A stretch of 64,000 nt of DNA from Bacteriovoracaceae bacterium (GTDB lineage: Bacteria > Bdellovibrionota > Bacteriovoracia > Bacteriovoracales > Bacteriovoracaceae). Shown here one piece after another: positions 47,314 to 57,793 of this stretch. The stretch covers positions 186,001-250,000 of the forward strand of contig OZ244226.1 in the NCBI GenBank assembly GCA_965217035.1. The letters run 5' to 3'. Numbering within the stretch: position 1 is the first letter of the stretch; the number at the start of each line of letters is the position of its first letter. The position numbers and the translations under genes are program-made. The notes below the pieces were generated by a model. It saw only the letters and a list, made by a program, of their open reading frames with translations. It did no database searches and had not been told where the DNA came from.

Positions 47314-49596
47314 TTAGAAATTATTAATATCAAATATACTATTATTCATTAAACCATTCACAATGGTATCGAGTCGAATTGAAGCCTCTAATCCTGAATA
47401 CGGAGCTGCATAAAGAGGAGCTGTATTAGAATGGTCATCACTTGCAACACCTCTCAGATTTAAATAAGAATTGGAACAACTTGCATGACTTGATAATTTC
47501 ATATCTGATAAATTTACACATTGATTCGAACCTGACGCATATGTGAAGAAATTATTTGCGCTGGTATCTGCTCCCCAAGTATATGTTCCGATATTACCAC
47601 TATTATAATCTCTTAATGTATGCTTTATTGGTCGATTAAGAATGTCTTCATATTCTCCAGTAACAATCATCTCATAAGCATGATTGAGAGTTCCCGTGCT
47701 ATCCTTGTAATAACCATAAGACCAAAAATCATAATTTGTCGCTGAGTCTTTCACAAAGCGAGAATATTCTCCGGATCTCGCTAACCCATCAATACTTTCT
47801 TCATAAAGTTCGAATCTTTGTAATGTTGTCGATTCAGTATTCCACATAATGAATTCTTCGTCGGCTCCTCCCCCAAAATTACTTTCAAAAATCATTCCGA
47901 CTTTACGATTGCATTCTATATAAAAAACAGTGCTCAAGCTTCCATTCAAATAAAGAGAGATTTTTTTATCAAATTGAGTGTCACCTCCTCCATTTGCGTC
48001 TGTATCATTACTAATAAAGTCAGGGATTAATCGAGAAGGAAGGTCCTCAATCATAAGCCCAACCGGAACGAGCGAACTTTCCCCAAAATCATAAGAAATT
48101 TCTCTTAAAGTTCCATCCCCGACCAAATCAGTGCAATTATTAGCAGTAGGATGAATAGCAGCAATAACACTTCCTAACCCTTTTGCTCCATAATCTTTTC
48201 GAACATCTATCATTGTTGAGTCAACTTTTTTCTCTAATTGGTCATCAGGATTACTTCCATCAAAAAATCTTGTCAGCTTTTCAATGTTTTCATCTCCAAT
48301 GGTTTCATAAAGTTTTTCTCGGACATTCAATTCTTCTCCATCGTCAGTTGCGATCCAAATGGAACCAACTTTTTGAACTGAGTCAACATCAACATCGAAA
48401 CCTAAATATGCTGTTCCTGCTATTGAAAAAGAACTTAGAGTATTTGAAGGGCTATCAAAACTTAAAGAGCAATCCGTATCAGTATAAACATCATTAGAAA
48501 TACCTGTGAGAGCATTAATACTAAGGGCCATGTTTTGAGATATAGTACAATTTCCACTATTATTGAAATAAACTCTTCTCGTCCCACTAAAAGCATTCAG
48601 AATAAAACTCATTGAATTCAATGGATCTGCATTAGCAAGAATTTGATTAGTTGAGTTGAAAAATAGTTTAGGAGCAAGATCTCTCAAAGGACTTAACCCG
48701 CGACTTCCTATATTATCCGCATAGGCCATTAAAATATTGGCAGCATCTGCTTCAATATCGCCAGCAACATCTACGATATATAGACCATTGATAAGATACT
48801 CACTCGTATCTGCGATCCCTTTTTTCATTACAATAGATCTTTTTTCACCCGAACAACTCTCATTATCATCCTCCGAATAAGCTTCAATAGTGTAACGGAT
48901 GCTCGCATTATCGTTATACCCTATTGGTAAATTCAACCCGAGATCAGTGCCATTGGTTTGAGTCGCAGTAATACAACCTGAGCTGATCTCCTGAACTCCA
49001 TATTGATTACCTGGATGGTCACTAAAAATCTTTACTTGGTAATAATCAGTGATTCCTCTCATCAATCCATTTGATGGACAAAGTCCCATCGCAGTAGAGA
49101 GATCAACAACTTCTGCTCCTCCTCCAGTTCCATCATCAAAATCAGCACATCCATAAAGTTTAATAGGTTTAAATTCACTAAATGGTCCGACAGGAATTGA
49201 AATTGATAATCCAGCAATGGAATTTGTATTTTCAAAACAATTAGAATTTCTTAGATTAGCGGTAATATTTTGTACCCCCTCTGAAATTGAAAGACTTTCA
49301 AAAGTTTCGCAACGAATAATTCCTGTCATAAAACCTAAACCAGTACTACCATCCCATGAAACGATCCTCATGTTCCAAGTGGTATTCCCAGGAAGTTCAA
49401 TACCAGTTGATTCAAATTCAATCCCATTATTGAAAACATATGTTCTATGTTCCGTACCATCAGATGCGAAAACAACAACTCCCCCATTAAGATCTCCTGT
49501 AGAAATTGCTTGGGTGAACTTCACTCTTGCATCCTTTCGACTTCCACAGGTCGAAAAAATAAACAATGGGACTAAGAGGATAATTAGTCTTTTCAT
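47314..49596 (-). CDS. Large surface lipoprotein (paralogue of the 45698 gene at the N-terminus)
   Basis: FSTC lipobox-like; shared GGVV, SW.G, G.IRC, FKPI.L.GC, LNLPIGY blocks. Confidence 0.7.
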   Translation of the reverse strand: MKRLIILLVPLFIFSTCGSRKDARVKFTQAISTGDLNGGVVVFASDGTEHRTYVFNNGIEFESTGIELPGNTTWNMRIVSWDGSTGLGFMTGIIRCETFESLSISEGVQNITANLRNSNCFENTNSIAGLSISIPVGPFSEFKPIKLYGCADFDDGTGGGAEVVDLSTAMGLCPSNGLMRGITDYYQVKIFSDHPGNQYGVQEISSGCITATQTNGTDLGLNLPIGYNDNASIRYTIEAYSEDDNESCSGEKRSIVMKKGIADTSEYLINGLYIVDVAGDIEADAANILMAYADNIGSRGLSPLRDLAPKLFFNSTNQILANADPLNSMSFILNAFSGTRRVYFNNSGNCTISQNMALSINALTGISNDVYTDTDCSLSFDSPSNTLSSFSIAGTAYLGFDVDVDSVQKVGSIWIATDDGEELNVREKLYETIGDENIEKLTRFFDGSNPDDQLEKKVDSTMIDVRKDYGAKGLGSVIAAIHPTANNCTDLVGDGTLREISYDFGESSLVPVGLMIEDLPSRLIPDFISNDTDANGGGDTQFDKKISLYLNGSLSTVFYIECNRKVGMIFESNFGGGADEEFIMWNTESTTLQRFELYEESIDGLARSGEYSRFVKDSATNYDFWSYGYYKDSTGTLNHAYEMIVTGEYEDILNRPIKHTLRDYNSGNIGTYTWGADTSANNFFTYASGSNQCVNLSDMKLSSHASCSNSYLNLRGVASDDHSNTAPLYAAPYSGLEASIRLDTIVNGLMNNSIFDINNF

Positions 49597-51173
49597 TCTT
49601 CACCTTTTTCTTTGATATTGACGATTTTTCTAAGTTCTCCTTGTTGAATTTCATCAACTCCACTTATTACTGCGAACTGTTCGAGAGGATCTGATTGGTA
49701 ACCAAGATAGGTCTCAGGAAAAGGAAGAACCGTTAAGACGACTCGTATGTTGTTAATATAGGCTTTCACTATTGTATAATGAGGCACTCGAATTTGAGGC
49801 AAAAAGATAATGAAGGCTTCACACATTTTGGTAAGCTCCCATGTATCATTTATAAACCCATCACTCATTGGATTTTTCTTTGAAAAATAAGCAGCTGAAT
49901 TTGAATCATCAATAATTCCATCAAGTAGTTTATCCTTATAATTTCTGATTAGTTTTAAAAGGAAGTGAAACTGAAAAGCTCCTTGAGCGGGCATAAATCT
50001 ATCATAATCATAATCAAGACTCATACGTTTTGGAACTTTAATAAGTTCAGGTTTTTCGGCCAATAGCTTCTTATCTTCCATTTGACTGATAAATCGATCC
50101 TGTTCATCAAATACAAGAACAAATGGATCATAATTATCCACAGCATTGATAAACATAAAAATATCATCAAGCTCTTTTTTTCCACGAATAGGATCATGTA
50201 GACAATAAACAATGATCCGAGGAAAAACTTCATCGAGAATTTCACCATTCTGGTCTAAATACTGATGAAGTCTTAGACAAAAAGAAAACTGGTCAATTTG
50301 ATCTTTTGTTTCCTTCAGTGCTCTCATGTAAGAGTCCAAAATAAGAATTCTTAGCTTTTTAGCGTTATTCTTTCTTAGAATATTATATTCTTCTATCATC
50401 TTCTGGATTTCTTTCGAAAAATTATCTTGTTGTTCAACAACTTCATTTTCGTAAAGATAGCGAAACTTCTCTTCTTCCTGATTAAGATTAAGTAGTTTTA
50501 CTTGAGAGGGCATTTCATAGTTTAGATCATAGCAATAACGGTAATGATAATAGCGGTTACTCATATCATGATTTTGAACTTTAAAACTGACCTTACGTTT
50601 AAAGATATTAATATCGAGATCTACGAATTCATCTCGTGGTAAATTAGCATTAGTTTCAAGATGAATATGGCTCATTGAAACATATCCAACTTTTACAGGA
50701 ATTGTGATTTCTGCTTTAATCCCTTGGCATTCTTTTAGAAAATACTCAGAAAAACGCGATTTATCGGGATTAAAAATCAAGGCCGTCGGAATACTGGAAA
50801 ATTCAATTTCTTGTAATTTATAAAAAAGATAATTGATGCCGGTATAAACCATTTTTTCAATAAGATCTTTATTATCTCGTAAACCTGTAAGCAGTCCAAG
50901 AAATGGAATTTCTCTCAACGGGTACATTCGTGAAAGAAAAAAGGAAACTTTCGTCAATTTATCCGGATCTTGAGTAAAATCTACAACGATAAGATCAGGA
51001 CTGCGTTTATAAATTTCATAAACTAAGCCAGCGGCAGTATCCACGCTATAATCAAGTATGAATCGATTGATTTTAATATTGAAAATGTGCTCAAGCGATT
51101 CGACGTAACGTTCAAAATATTTGTGGTCACGTCCAAGGTAGACCACTCGCTTGGGAAAACCATTTGTAATCAC
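49593..51173 (-). CDS. Cytoplasmic protein with two degenerate receiver-like segments
   Basis: RSPDLIVVDF...IPFLGL and RILILD...FPRIIV patterns. Confidence 0.5.
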   Translation of the reverse strand: MITNGFPKRVVYLGRDHKYFERYVESLEHIFNIKINRFILDYSVDTAAGLVYEIYKRSPDLIVVDFTQDPDKLTKVSFFLSRMYPLREIPFLGLLTGLRDNKDLIEKMVYTGINYLFYKLQEIEFSSIPTALIFNPDKSRFSEYFLKECQGIKAEITIPVKVGYVSMSHIHLETNANLPRDEFVDLDINIFKRKVSFKVQNHDMSNRYYHYRYCYDLNYEMPSQVKLLNLNQEEEKFRYLYENEVVEQQDNFSKEIQKMIEEYNILRKNNAKKLRILILDSYMRALKETKDQIDQFSFCLRLHQYLDQNGEILDEVFPRIIVYCLHDPIRGKKELDDIFMFINAVDNYDPFVLVFDEQDRFISQMEDKKLLAEKPELIKVPKRMSLDYDYDRFMPAQGAFQFHFLLKLIRNYKDKLLDGIIDDSNSAAYFSKKNPMSDGFINDTWELTKMCEAFIIFLPQIRVPHYTIVKAYINNIRVVLTVLPFPETYLGYQSDPLEQFAVISGVDEIQQGELRKIVNIKEKGEE

Positions 51174-51278
51174 GGTTTTGAATTCTCCTAATTCATGAGC
51201 AATATCACTAACTTAGACTTTATCATGCCCTCTAAATTTTGAGCGGCCTGGGCATATGTTCCCTATATAAGGTAAACT

Positions 51279-51307
51279 TTGACTTATTTTTGTAATACGT
51301 CTATAAC
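51279..51307 (+). promoter_or_regulatory. sigma70 promoter of the suf operon
   Basis: TTGACT-N17-TATAAC. Confidence 0.6.
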
Positions 51308-51339
51308 TAGCGATAATTACTAAGATCTGAGGTGAGATT

Positions 51340-51750
51340 GTGATTAAGATTAATCGCAAAGTTGAATATGCCCTCATGGCCCTAAAATTTGTTATGGATC
51401 ATGAGGAAAAGAAAGTAAGTGTTCGGGAAATATCCGAGCAACTTGGTATCCCATTTGACACGACTTCTCAGGTTTTTCAGAGACTCAAAAGGCATGGACT
51501 TGCCCTTTCACTTCAAGGTGTCACTGGGGGTTATACCCTTTCAGAAAAAATTAATGACCTAAGCTTTCTTGAACTTTCAGAAATTATTGAAAATAAAAAA
51601 TTTTATGAAGACTGCGAAGATAAAAATTGCTCTTATATCGAAAACTGCAATATTCAAATACCTATTAAAAGTCTTCAAAAGCAATTATACAAAACCTTTC
51701 ATAACTTAAAAGTAATGGATCTTATTAAACAGGAGTCTCACGTTGAATAG
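51340..51750 (+). CDS. Rrf2-family (IscR-like) regulator
   Basis: [15 protein letters not shown] wing, C-x4-C-x5-C. Confidence 0.88.
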   Translation: MIKINRKVEYALMALKFVMDHEEKKVSVREISEQLGIPFDTTSQVFQRLKRHGLALSLQGVTGGYTLSEKINDLSFLELSEIIENKKFYEDCEDKNCSYIENCNIQIPIKSLQKQLYKTFHNLKVMDLIKQESHVE

Positions 51751-53191
51751 TGTAAAAGACTTTAAAATTGAAGACCGAATTGAAGAAGAATATAAGTATG
51801 GTTTCGAAACCGATATCGAAGTAGAAGAGTTTCCTAAAGGACTTAACGAAGAAATTATTACTCTTATTTCAAACAAAAAAAATGAACCGCAATGGTTACT
51901 TGATTATCGTTTGAAAGCCTTTAAACATTGGAAAACGCTGACTCCTCCTACATGGCCTTATTGTGAAATCCCTGAGATTGATTTTCAAAATCTTTATTAT
52001 TTCTCTAAGCCAAAAGAAAAAAAGAAGTATGATAGTCTCGATGAGGTAGATCCTGAGCTTCTAGAAACTTTTGAAAAACTAGGAATCCCTTTAACAGAAC
52101 AGAAACGACTCACAGGTGTTGCCGTCGATGCAGTTTTTGATTCTGTTTCATTAGGTACCACTCATCAAGAAGAACTCGAAAAGCTTGGAATTATCTTCTG
52201 TTCTTTTTCTGAAGCTGTTGAAAATCATGAAGAACTTGTAAAACAATACATGGGAACCGTCGTTCCCTACACCGATAATTATTATGCCGCTTTAAATGCA
52301 GCTGTTTTTAGTGATGGGTCTTTTTGCTATATTCCTAAAGGTGTTACTTCACCGCTTGATCTTTCTACATATTTTAGAATTAACGCCAAAGAAACCGGAC
52401 AATTCGAACGAACATTATTAGTTGCAGACAAAGGAAGTTTCGTTAATTACTTAGAAGGTTGTACGGCACCTCAAAGAGATGAAAACCAACTTCATGCAGC
52501 AGTCGTCGAGCTCATCGCTCTAGATGATGCGACAATTAACTATAGTACAGTTCAGAACTGGTATTCGGGAAATAAAAGTGGAGATGGAGGAATTTTTAAC
52601 TTCGTAACCAAACGTGGAAAATGCCAAGGAAAAAATTCAAAGATCTCTTGGACGCAAGTTGAAGCGGGATCGGCTATTACTTGGAAATATCCAAGTTGTA
52701 TTCTCCTCGGTGAAAACTCTATTGGAAATTTTTACTCTGTAGCTCTTACAAATAATAAAATGCAAGCAGATACTGGAACCAAAATGATACACATCGGAAA
52801 AAATACTAGAAGTACGATTATATCAAAGGGTATCTCCGCTCATGATTCACAAAATGTTTATCGAGGCTTGGTGAAAATCATGCCTTCCGCTGAAGGAGCG
52901 AGGAATTTTTCTCAATGTGATTCTATGTTAGTTGGTGATCAATGTGCAGCTCATACCTTTCCTACAATCGATGTGAAAAATCCGACGGCAATTGTAGAAC
53001 ATGAAGCTTCAACTTCTAAAATCAGTGCTGAGCAAATTTTTTATCTTCAATCTCGAGGGATGGATACAGAAAAGGCCGTTAGTCTTATTGTAAACGGCTT
53101 TTGCAGGGAGGTTTTTAAAACTCTTCCACTAGAGTTTTCAGTAGAGGCAGTTAAATTAATAGAAATGAAACTAGAAAACACGGTAGGATAA
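51743..53191 (+). CDS. sufB: Fe-S assembly protein SufB
   Basis: [41 protein letters not shown]. Confidence 0.97.
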   Translation: MNSVKDFKIEDRIEEEYKYGFETDIEVEEFPKGLNEEIITLISNKKNEPQWLLDYRLKAFKHWKTLTPPTWPYCEIPEIDFQNLYYFSKPKEKKKYDSLDEVDPELLETFEKLGIPLTEQKRLTGVAVDAVFDSVSLGTTHQEELEKLGIIFCSFSEAVENHEELVKQYMGTVVPYTDNYYAALNAAVFSDGSFCYIPKGVTSPLDLSTYFRINAKETGQFERTLLVADKGSFVNYLEGCTAPQRDENQLHAAVVELIALDDATINYSTVQNWYSGNKSGDGGIFNFVTKRGKCQGKNSKISWTQVEAGSAITWKYPSCILLGENSIGNFYSVALTNNKMQADTGTKMIHIGKNTRSTIISKGISAHDSQNVYRGLVKIMPSAEGARNFSQCDSMLVGDQCAAHTFPTIDVKNPTAIVEHEASTSKISAEQIFYLQSRGMDTEKAVSLIVNGFCREVFKTLPLEFSVEAVKLIEMKLENTVG

Positions 53192-53192
53192 T

Positions 53193-53942
53193 ATGATTGA
53201 AATTAAAAATCTTCATGTAAATGTTGAAGGGAATGAAATTCTTAAAGGTTTAAACCTTACAATAAAGCCAGGAGAAGTCCACGCTATTATGGGCCCAAAT
53301 GGTTCAGGAAAAAGCACATTGGCTAAAGCCGTTGCAGGTCATCCAAGCTACGAGATTACTGATGGTTCAATTGACTTCACCGTTAATAATCAAGCAAAAG
53401 ATCTGTTAGAGTTAGACCCAGATGTTAGAAGTAAAGAAGGTATCTTTCTTGGATTCCAATACCCTATTGAGATTCCTGGAATTACAAACCTCAACTTTCT
53501 TCAAGAGTCTTTTAATGAAGTCTGTGAATATCAAGGTGTTCAGACACTAAGTGAAGAAGACTTTCTTGAGTTTCTCAGGCCAAAGCTCGAAGAACTTAAA
53601 ATAACTCAAGATTTTTTATACCGTCCAGTTAACGAAGGTTTTTCAGGTGGAGAGAAAAAGAAAAATGAAATTCTTCAACTCAAGATTCTGAATCCAAGGC
53701 TCGCTTTACTCGATGAAACAGACTCTGGTCTTGATGTCGATGCCTTAAAAGTTGTCGCAGGAGGAGTTAATACATTCAAAAGTAAATTCAATTCCACTCT
53801 CTTAATCACTCATTATCAAAGACTTCTTAATTATATTGAACCTGATTTTGTTCATATTCTTAGTGATGGAAAGATTGTTGAGTCCGGAGATAAAGCACTT
53901 GCTCTCAAAGTCGAGCAAGAAGGGTATGATTGGTTACAATGA
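53193..53942 (+). CDS. sufC: Fe-S assembly ATPase SufC
   Basis: GPNGSGKST, FQYP, NEGFSGGEKK, LDETDSGLD, ITHY. Confidence 0.97.
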   Translation: MIEIKNLHVNVEGNEILKGLNLTIKPGEVHAIMGPNGSGKSTLAKAVAGHPSYEITDGSIDFTVNNQAKDLLELDPDVRSKEGIFLGFQYPIEIPGITNLNFLQESFNEVCEYQGVQTLSEEDFLEFLRPKLEELKITQDFLYRPVNEGFSGGEKKKNEILQLKILNPRLALLDETDSGLDVDALKVVAGGVNTFKSKFNSTLLITHYQRLLNYIEPDFVHILSDGKIVESGDKALALKVEQEGYDWLQ

Positions 53943-55123
53943 AAGCTGCAACTCTTTTTACAGAACAAACTCAATATTTCGAAAAATTTTCTGAGCTAGG
54001 TCTTCCTAATAGAAAAACAGAAAGATGGAAATTTACTCCAATTGCAAGTCTTTACCAAAAAGAATGGATGTCTCAACCTCCAATAGACACAGGTGCCTCG
54101 GATGAATTTACTGACTTCGTAACCTTTGATTCTAATGGAGAGTTAGGTCAAGTCAATAATTGTGAAGTCATAAAACTTGAACCAAGTGAAATAGGACAAT
54201 ACCTAAAAAACCTAGAATCAACTGATTCCTATGATGAGAAAGATGCTCTTTTTCAACTTCATCTCTCTCAGTTAAGCGCTGTTTACAAAATCAAGTACAA
54301 AGGAGATTCAACTCTCCAAATCAATCATTCCTTAGGAAGTGAGGCATTTACTAACTATGGATTAATTTTTGAAATAGAAAATTCTATCGCGACTCTATTT
54401 GAAAATTTTGTTGGAACGCGAGGAACGACTTATCATCAAACATCTCGTTATATTGATCTGAAGAAAGACCAAAAAATAAATCATGTTATCTTGAATGAAG
54501 CAACTCCTGAGCAGTCACAGCAAATTTGGAGTTTTGCAACTTTAAAAGGTGAAAAATCCTTCTATCACGGTCTTCAAGTAAACTTTGGAGGAGGCTTAAT
54601 CCGTTCAAATCCATTTATTGATATACAAAGCTCCCACTCCTTTGGCGAATTTAATGCCTTCTATTTCTTGGAACAAGCCGAACACTTTGATTTTTATTCC
54701 CAAATAAAACACTTTAAAGGAGAAACTGAAAGTAATCAGATTGTAAAAGGACTTCTCCATGATCAGGCTAAGTTCGCTTTCACTGGAAACATCTATATCG
54801 CAAAAAATGCGCAACTTGTTAATGCGGCTCAGTTTAATAAAAATCTTGTGATGAGCAATCAGGCACAAGCTTTCGGTCAACCCCAACTCGAAATCTTTGC
54901 TGATGATGTTAAATGCTCTCATGGTTCAACTACAGGTCAATTTGATATAGATGAACTTTTTTATCTCAATGCTCGTGGTATATCAGCGACAAAAGCAAAA
55001 CGATTGATGGCCCAAGCCTATGGACTTGAGCTTTTCCAAAAGATTGAGAACCAGACACTTTATCATTATCTTCAAAATAAACTCATTTATAAATTAAAGT
55101 CTGCTTATGAGGGAAAAAATTGA
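53939..55123 (+). CDS. sufD: Fe-S assembly protein SufD
   Basis: ERWKFT, PQLEIFADDVKCSHGST, FYLNARGI. Confidence 0.92.
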   Translation: MKAATLFTEQTQYFEKFSELGLPNRKTERWKFTPIASLYQKEWMSQPPIDTGASDEFTDFVTFDSNGELGQVNNCEVIKLEPSEIGQYLKNLESTDSYDEKDALFQLHLSQLSAVYKIKYKGDSTLQINHSLGSEAFTNYGLIFEIENSIATLFENFVGTRGTTYHQTSRYIDLKKDQKINHVILNEATPEQSQQIWSFATLKGEKSFYHGLQVNFGGGLIRSNPFIDIQSSHSFGEFNAFYFLEQAEHFDFYSQIKHFKGETESNQIVKGLLHDQAKFAFTGNIYIAKNAQLVNAAQFNKNLVMSNQAQAFGQPQLEIFADDVKCSHGSTTGQFDIDELFYLNARGISATKAKRLMAQAYGLELFQKIENQTLYHYLQNKLIYKLKSAYEGKN

Positions 55124-56343
55124 GTATAAGAAGTCTTTACAATGAAATTCATGATCAATTCCCAATGCTAAAGGAAACAATGAGTGGGAAACCTCTAACC
55201 TATCTCGATAGTGCAGCGACGGCCTTAAAACCTATTTCAGTTCTTCAGTCAATTGAAGACTATTATGTAAAGGGAACCACTAATATTCATAGAAGTATCC
55301 ATTCCCTCGGTGAACGAGTCACAACTCAGTACGAAAAAACTCGTGATACTTTGGTTGATTTTATTAATGCATCTTCAAGAGAAGAAATTATCTTCACAAA
55401 AGGAACTACAGATTCCTTAAATCTCTTGGCCAGAACTCTTGGAGAGCAATTAAAACCAGGTGATGAGATTATTATTTCTGAACTTGAACACCATTCTAAT
55501 ATTGTTCCATGGCAACTTACTTGTGAGAGAACAGGAGCCGTTTTAAGAATAGCACCTATTGATGAGAATGGTGATATTGACCTAGAAGCATATAAAAAGC
55601 TTCTCGGTCATAAAACAAAGATTGTTTCAATCATTGCACTTTCAAACGTTCTTGGAACTAGAAACCCCACTAAAGAACTTGCAAGACTTGCCCATGAATT
55701 CGATGCTCTTTTTATTTCAGATGCTGCACAATTGGTTGTTCAGGAGAAAATTGATGTTCAAGACTTAAACGTTGATTTCCTAACCTTCTCAGCTCATAAA
55801 CTTTATGGGCCAACAGGAGTAGGAGTTCTCTATGGTAAAAAGGTTCTTCTTGAAAAACTCCCCCCCTATGCAGGAGGCGGAGATATGATTAATCAAGTTA
55901 CTTTTGAGAAGACAACATATAACGACCTTCCCTATAAATTTGAAGCTGGAACCCCTAATATCAGTGGAGTTATTGCTTTCCAAAAAAGCTTAGAATTCGT
56001 TAATGACTTAGGTTTTGATGCAATCAAGACATATGATAAATCTCTAACTGAATTTGCGTTAGAAAAACTTCAAACACTACCCGGTTTTAAAAGATTAGGA
56101 AATCCAAAGGAATCAGGCTCACTTGTTAGTTTTATAATTGAAGGGATCCATACCCATGATCTGGCTACACTTGTTTCTATGGAAGGAGTCGCAATGAGAA
56201 CAGGACATCATTGTGCTCAACCGCTTCATAGACGCCTTGGAATCACTTCATCAGCAAGGGCCTCATTTACTGTTTATAATAATGAAGAAGATATTGAGAG
56301 GTTGTATGCAGCTCTTAAAAAAGCTCAAAAACTCATGGCGTAA
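55120..56343 (+). CDS. sufS: SufS-type cysteine desulfurase
   Basis: YLDSAAT, EHHSNIVPW, FSAHKLYGPTG, FEAGTP, RTGHHCAQP. Confidence 0.95.
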   Translation: MSIRSLYNEIHDQFPMLKETMSGKPLTYLDSAATALKPISVLQSIEDYYVKGTTNIHRSIHSLGERVTTQYEKTRDTLVDFINASSREEIIFTKGTTDSLNLLARTLGEQLKPGDEIIISELEHHSNIVPWQLTCERTGAVLRIAPIDENGDIDLEAYKKLLGHKTKIVSIIALSNVLGTRNPTKELARLAHEFDALFISDAAQLVVQEKIDVQDLNVDFLTFSAHKLYGPTGVGVLYGKKVLLEKLPPYAGGGDMINQVTFEKTTYNDLPYKFEAGTPNISGVIAFQKSLEFVNDLGFDAIKTYDKSLTEFALEKLQTLPGFKRLGNPKESGSLVSFIIEGIHTHDLATLVSMEGVAMRTGHHCAQPLHRRLGITSSARASFTVYNNEEDIERLYAALKKAQKLMA

Positions 56344-56353
56344 GGAAAGTAAA

Positions 56354-56920
56354 ATGAGTGAAATAGCAATCAATATAGAACCAACTCCCAATCCAAATGC
56401 TCTTAAGTTTATTTGTAACCTCCCAGTTAAAGTGGAAGGAAAGTCAACTTTTCGTGAACCTCATCAGTGCCAAGAGATTGATCTTGCGAGAAATCTTTTC
56501 GATCTGCGGGGAGTTGATCAATTACATTTCTTCGAAAATGTGATTTCTTTAACCAAATTTACTTTTGAACCATGGGATTCTCTTGAGCCTAAGGTTCAAG
56601 AGACAATTAAAAAGTTTCTTCCCAATCATGATCCCAAATTCATTGACGAAAGTCGGCCAAAGATAAATCGTGAAAATCTTTCTCCTGAGCTTCAACAGAT
56701 TGAAGAAATCCTTGATCGGAGAATCCGTCCAGGACTTCAAGGAGATGGTGGAGATTTGACCTGTGAAGGTTTTGAGAATAATGTTCTTATGATTCGTTAT
56801 CAAGGAGCTTGTGGCACTTGTCCAAGTTCGAGTATGGGGACTCTTGAAGCAATCAGAGGCATTCTTCAAGATGAGTATGATCCTGACATCGAAGTTTATA
56901 TAGCACCTGAAGCCAGTTAG
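56354..56920 (+). CDS. Nfu/NifU-like Fe-S carrier (Nfu-N + NifU-C)
   Basis: PTPNPNALKF; IRPGLQGDGGD; GACGTCPSS; start set at ATG 56354. Confidence 0.9.
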   Translation: MSEIAINIEPTPNPNALKFICNLPVKVEGKSTFREPHQCQEIDLARNLFDLRGVDQLHFFENVISLTKFTFEPWDSLEPKVQETIKKFLPNHDPKFIDESRPKINRENLSPELQQIEEILDRRIRPGLQGDGGDLTCEGFENNVLMIRYQGACGTCPSSSMGTLEAIRGILQDEYDPDIEVYIAPEAS

Positions 56921-57213
56921 TAAACAATCTCAAGTTGAGTGTAGAGCTCTTTTTTAAGTTTATTAATCTTTTCTTTGGGGAACTTTTTCTCTGAATCAAT
57001 TTTCTTAAGATAAGTATCTATTAAACTTCTATGACTCTTTTTTATTCTCCGATAGCAAAGTAACCGATCACTCAAGAGTTCAAATTTGCTACATTCTTGA
57101 TGAGTTCTCTTTAGAAGGCTTGTAATGTCAGAAAGCTCATTTGCAATTAAAGAATTCGATAAAAGGAGGATAAAAAGTAATCTATTCAAAACGTTCCCTC
57201 CATTGATTCCCAT
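56917..57213 (-). CDS. Small secreted hypothetical protein
   Basis: Signal-peptide-like segment; follows maf; true start about 57189. Confidence 0.5.
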   Translation of the reverse strand: MGINGGNVLNRLLFILLLSNSLIANELSDITSLLKRTHQECSKFELLSDRLLCYRRIKKSHRSLIDTYLKKIDSEKKFPKEKINKLKKELYTQLEIVY

Positions 57214-57793
57214 AAGTTTTTCTAAAGTACTCTACAAGATGATCGATAGGGAATCCCACAATATTTGAATAACTTCCATCAATCTTTTCTATAAAAGTCT
57301 GGGCAGCTCCCTGGATTCCATAAGCCCCCGCTTTATCTTGATATTCATTTTGATTGAGATAATTATTAATCTCCTCAGGAGATAGAGAATGACAACGAAC
57401 GGTACTGATAACTGATTGGTTAAAAACTTCTTGTTTTTTATTGACAACAACATAACTCGTACAGACCTGGTGATCTTTATCTGATAATTTTTCAATCATT
57501 TTATAAGCATGATCTTTATTAGTTGGCTTGTTAATAATTTCATCATCAACAATGACAGTAGTATCGCTTGTAACAAGAATATCGTTTTCCTTCAAATGGT
57601 TTGAAATCGCTTGGAACTTAATTCTTGCCAGTTTTAAAGTATAATCCTCTCCACTTTCATCTATCCATTCCGGTTCTTTAGCATTGCTTAGCATTACCTT
57701 ATATGGAACACCGAGATAACTAAAAAGTTCTTTTCTTCTTGGACTTTGACTTCCCAAAATCAATGAGAATTTTTCTGTTTTGCTCACCCACAT
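57182..57793 (-). CDS. maf: Maf nucleotide pyrophosphatase (YhdE-type)
   Basis: LGSQSPRR, SDT, KP, DKAGAYGIQG, NIVGFP. Confidence 0.92.
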   Translation of the reverse strand: MWVSKTEKFSLILGSQSPRRKELFSYLGVPYKVMLSNAKEPEWIDESGEDYTLKLARIKFQAISNHLKENDILVTSDTTVIVDDEIINKPTNKDHAYKMIEKLSDKDHQVCTSYVVVNKKQEVFNQSVISTVRCHSLSPEEINNYLNQNEYQDKAGAYGIQGAAQTFIEKIDGSYSNIVGFPIDHLVEYFRKTYGNQWRERFE

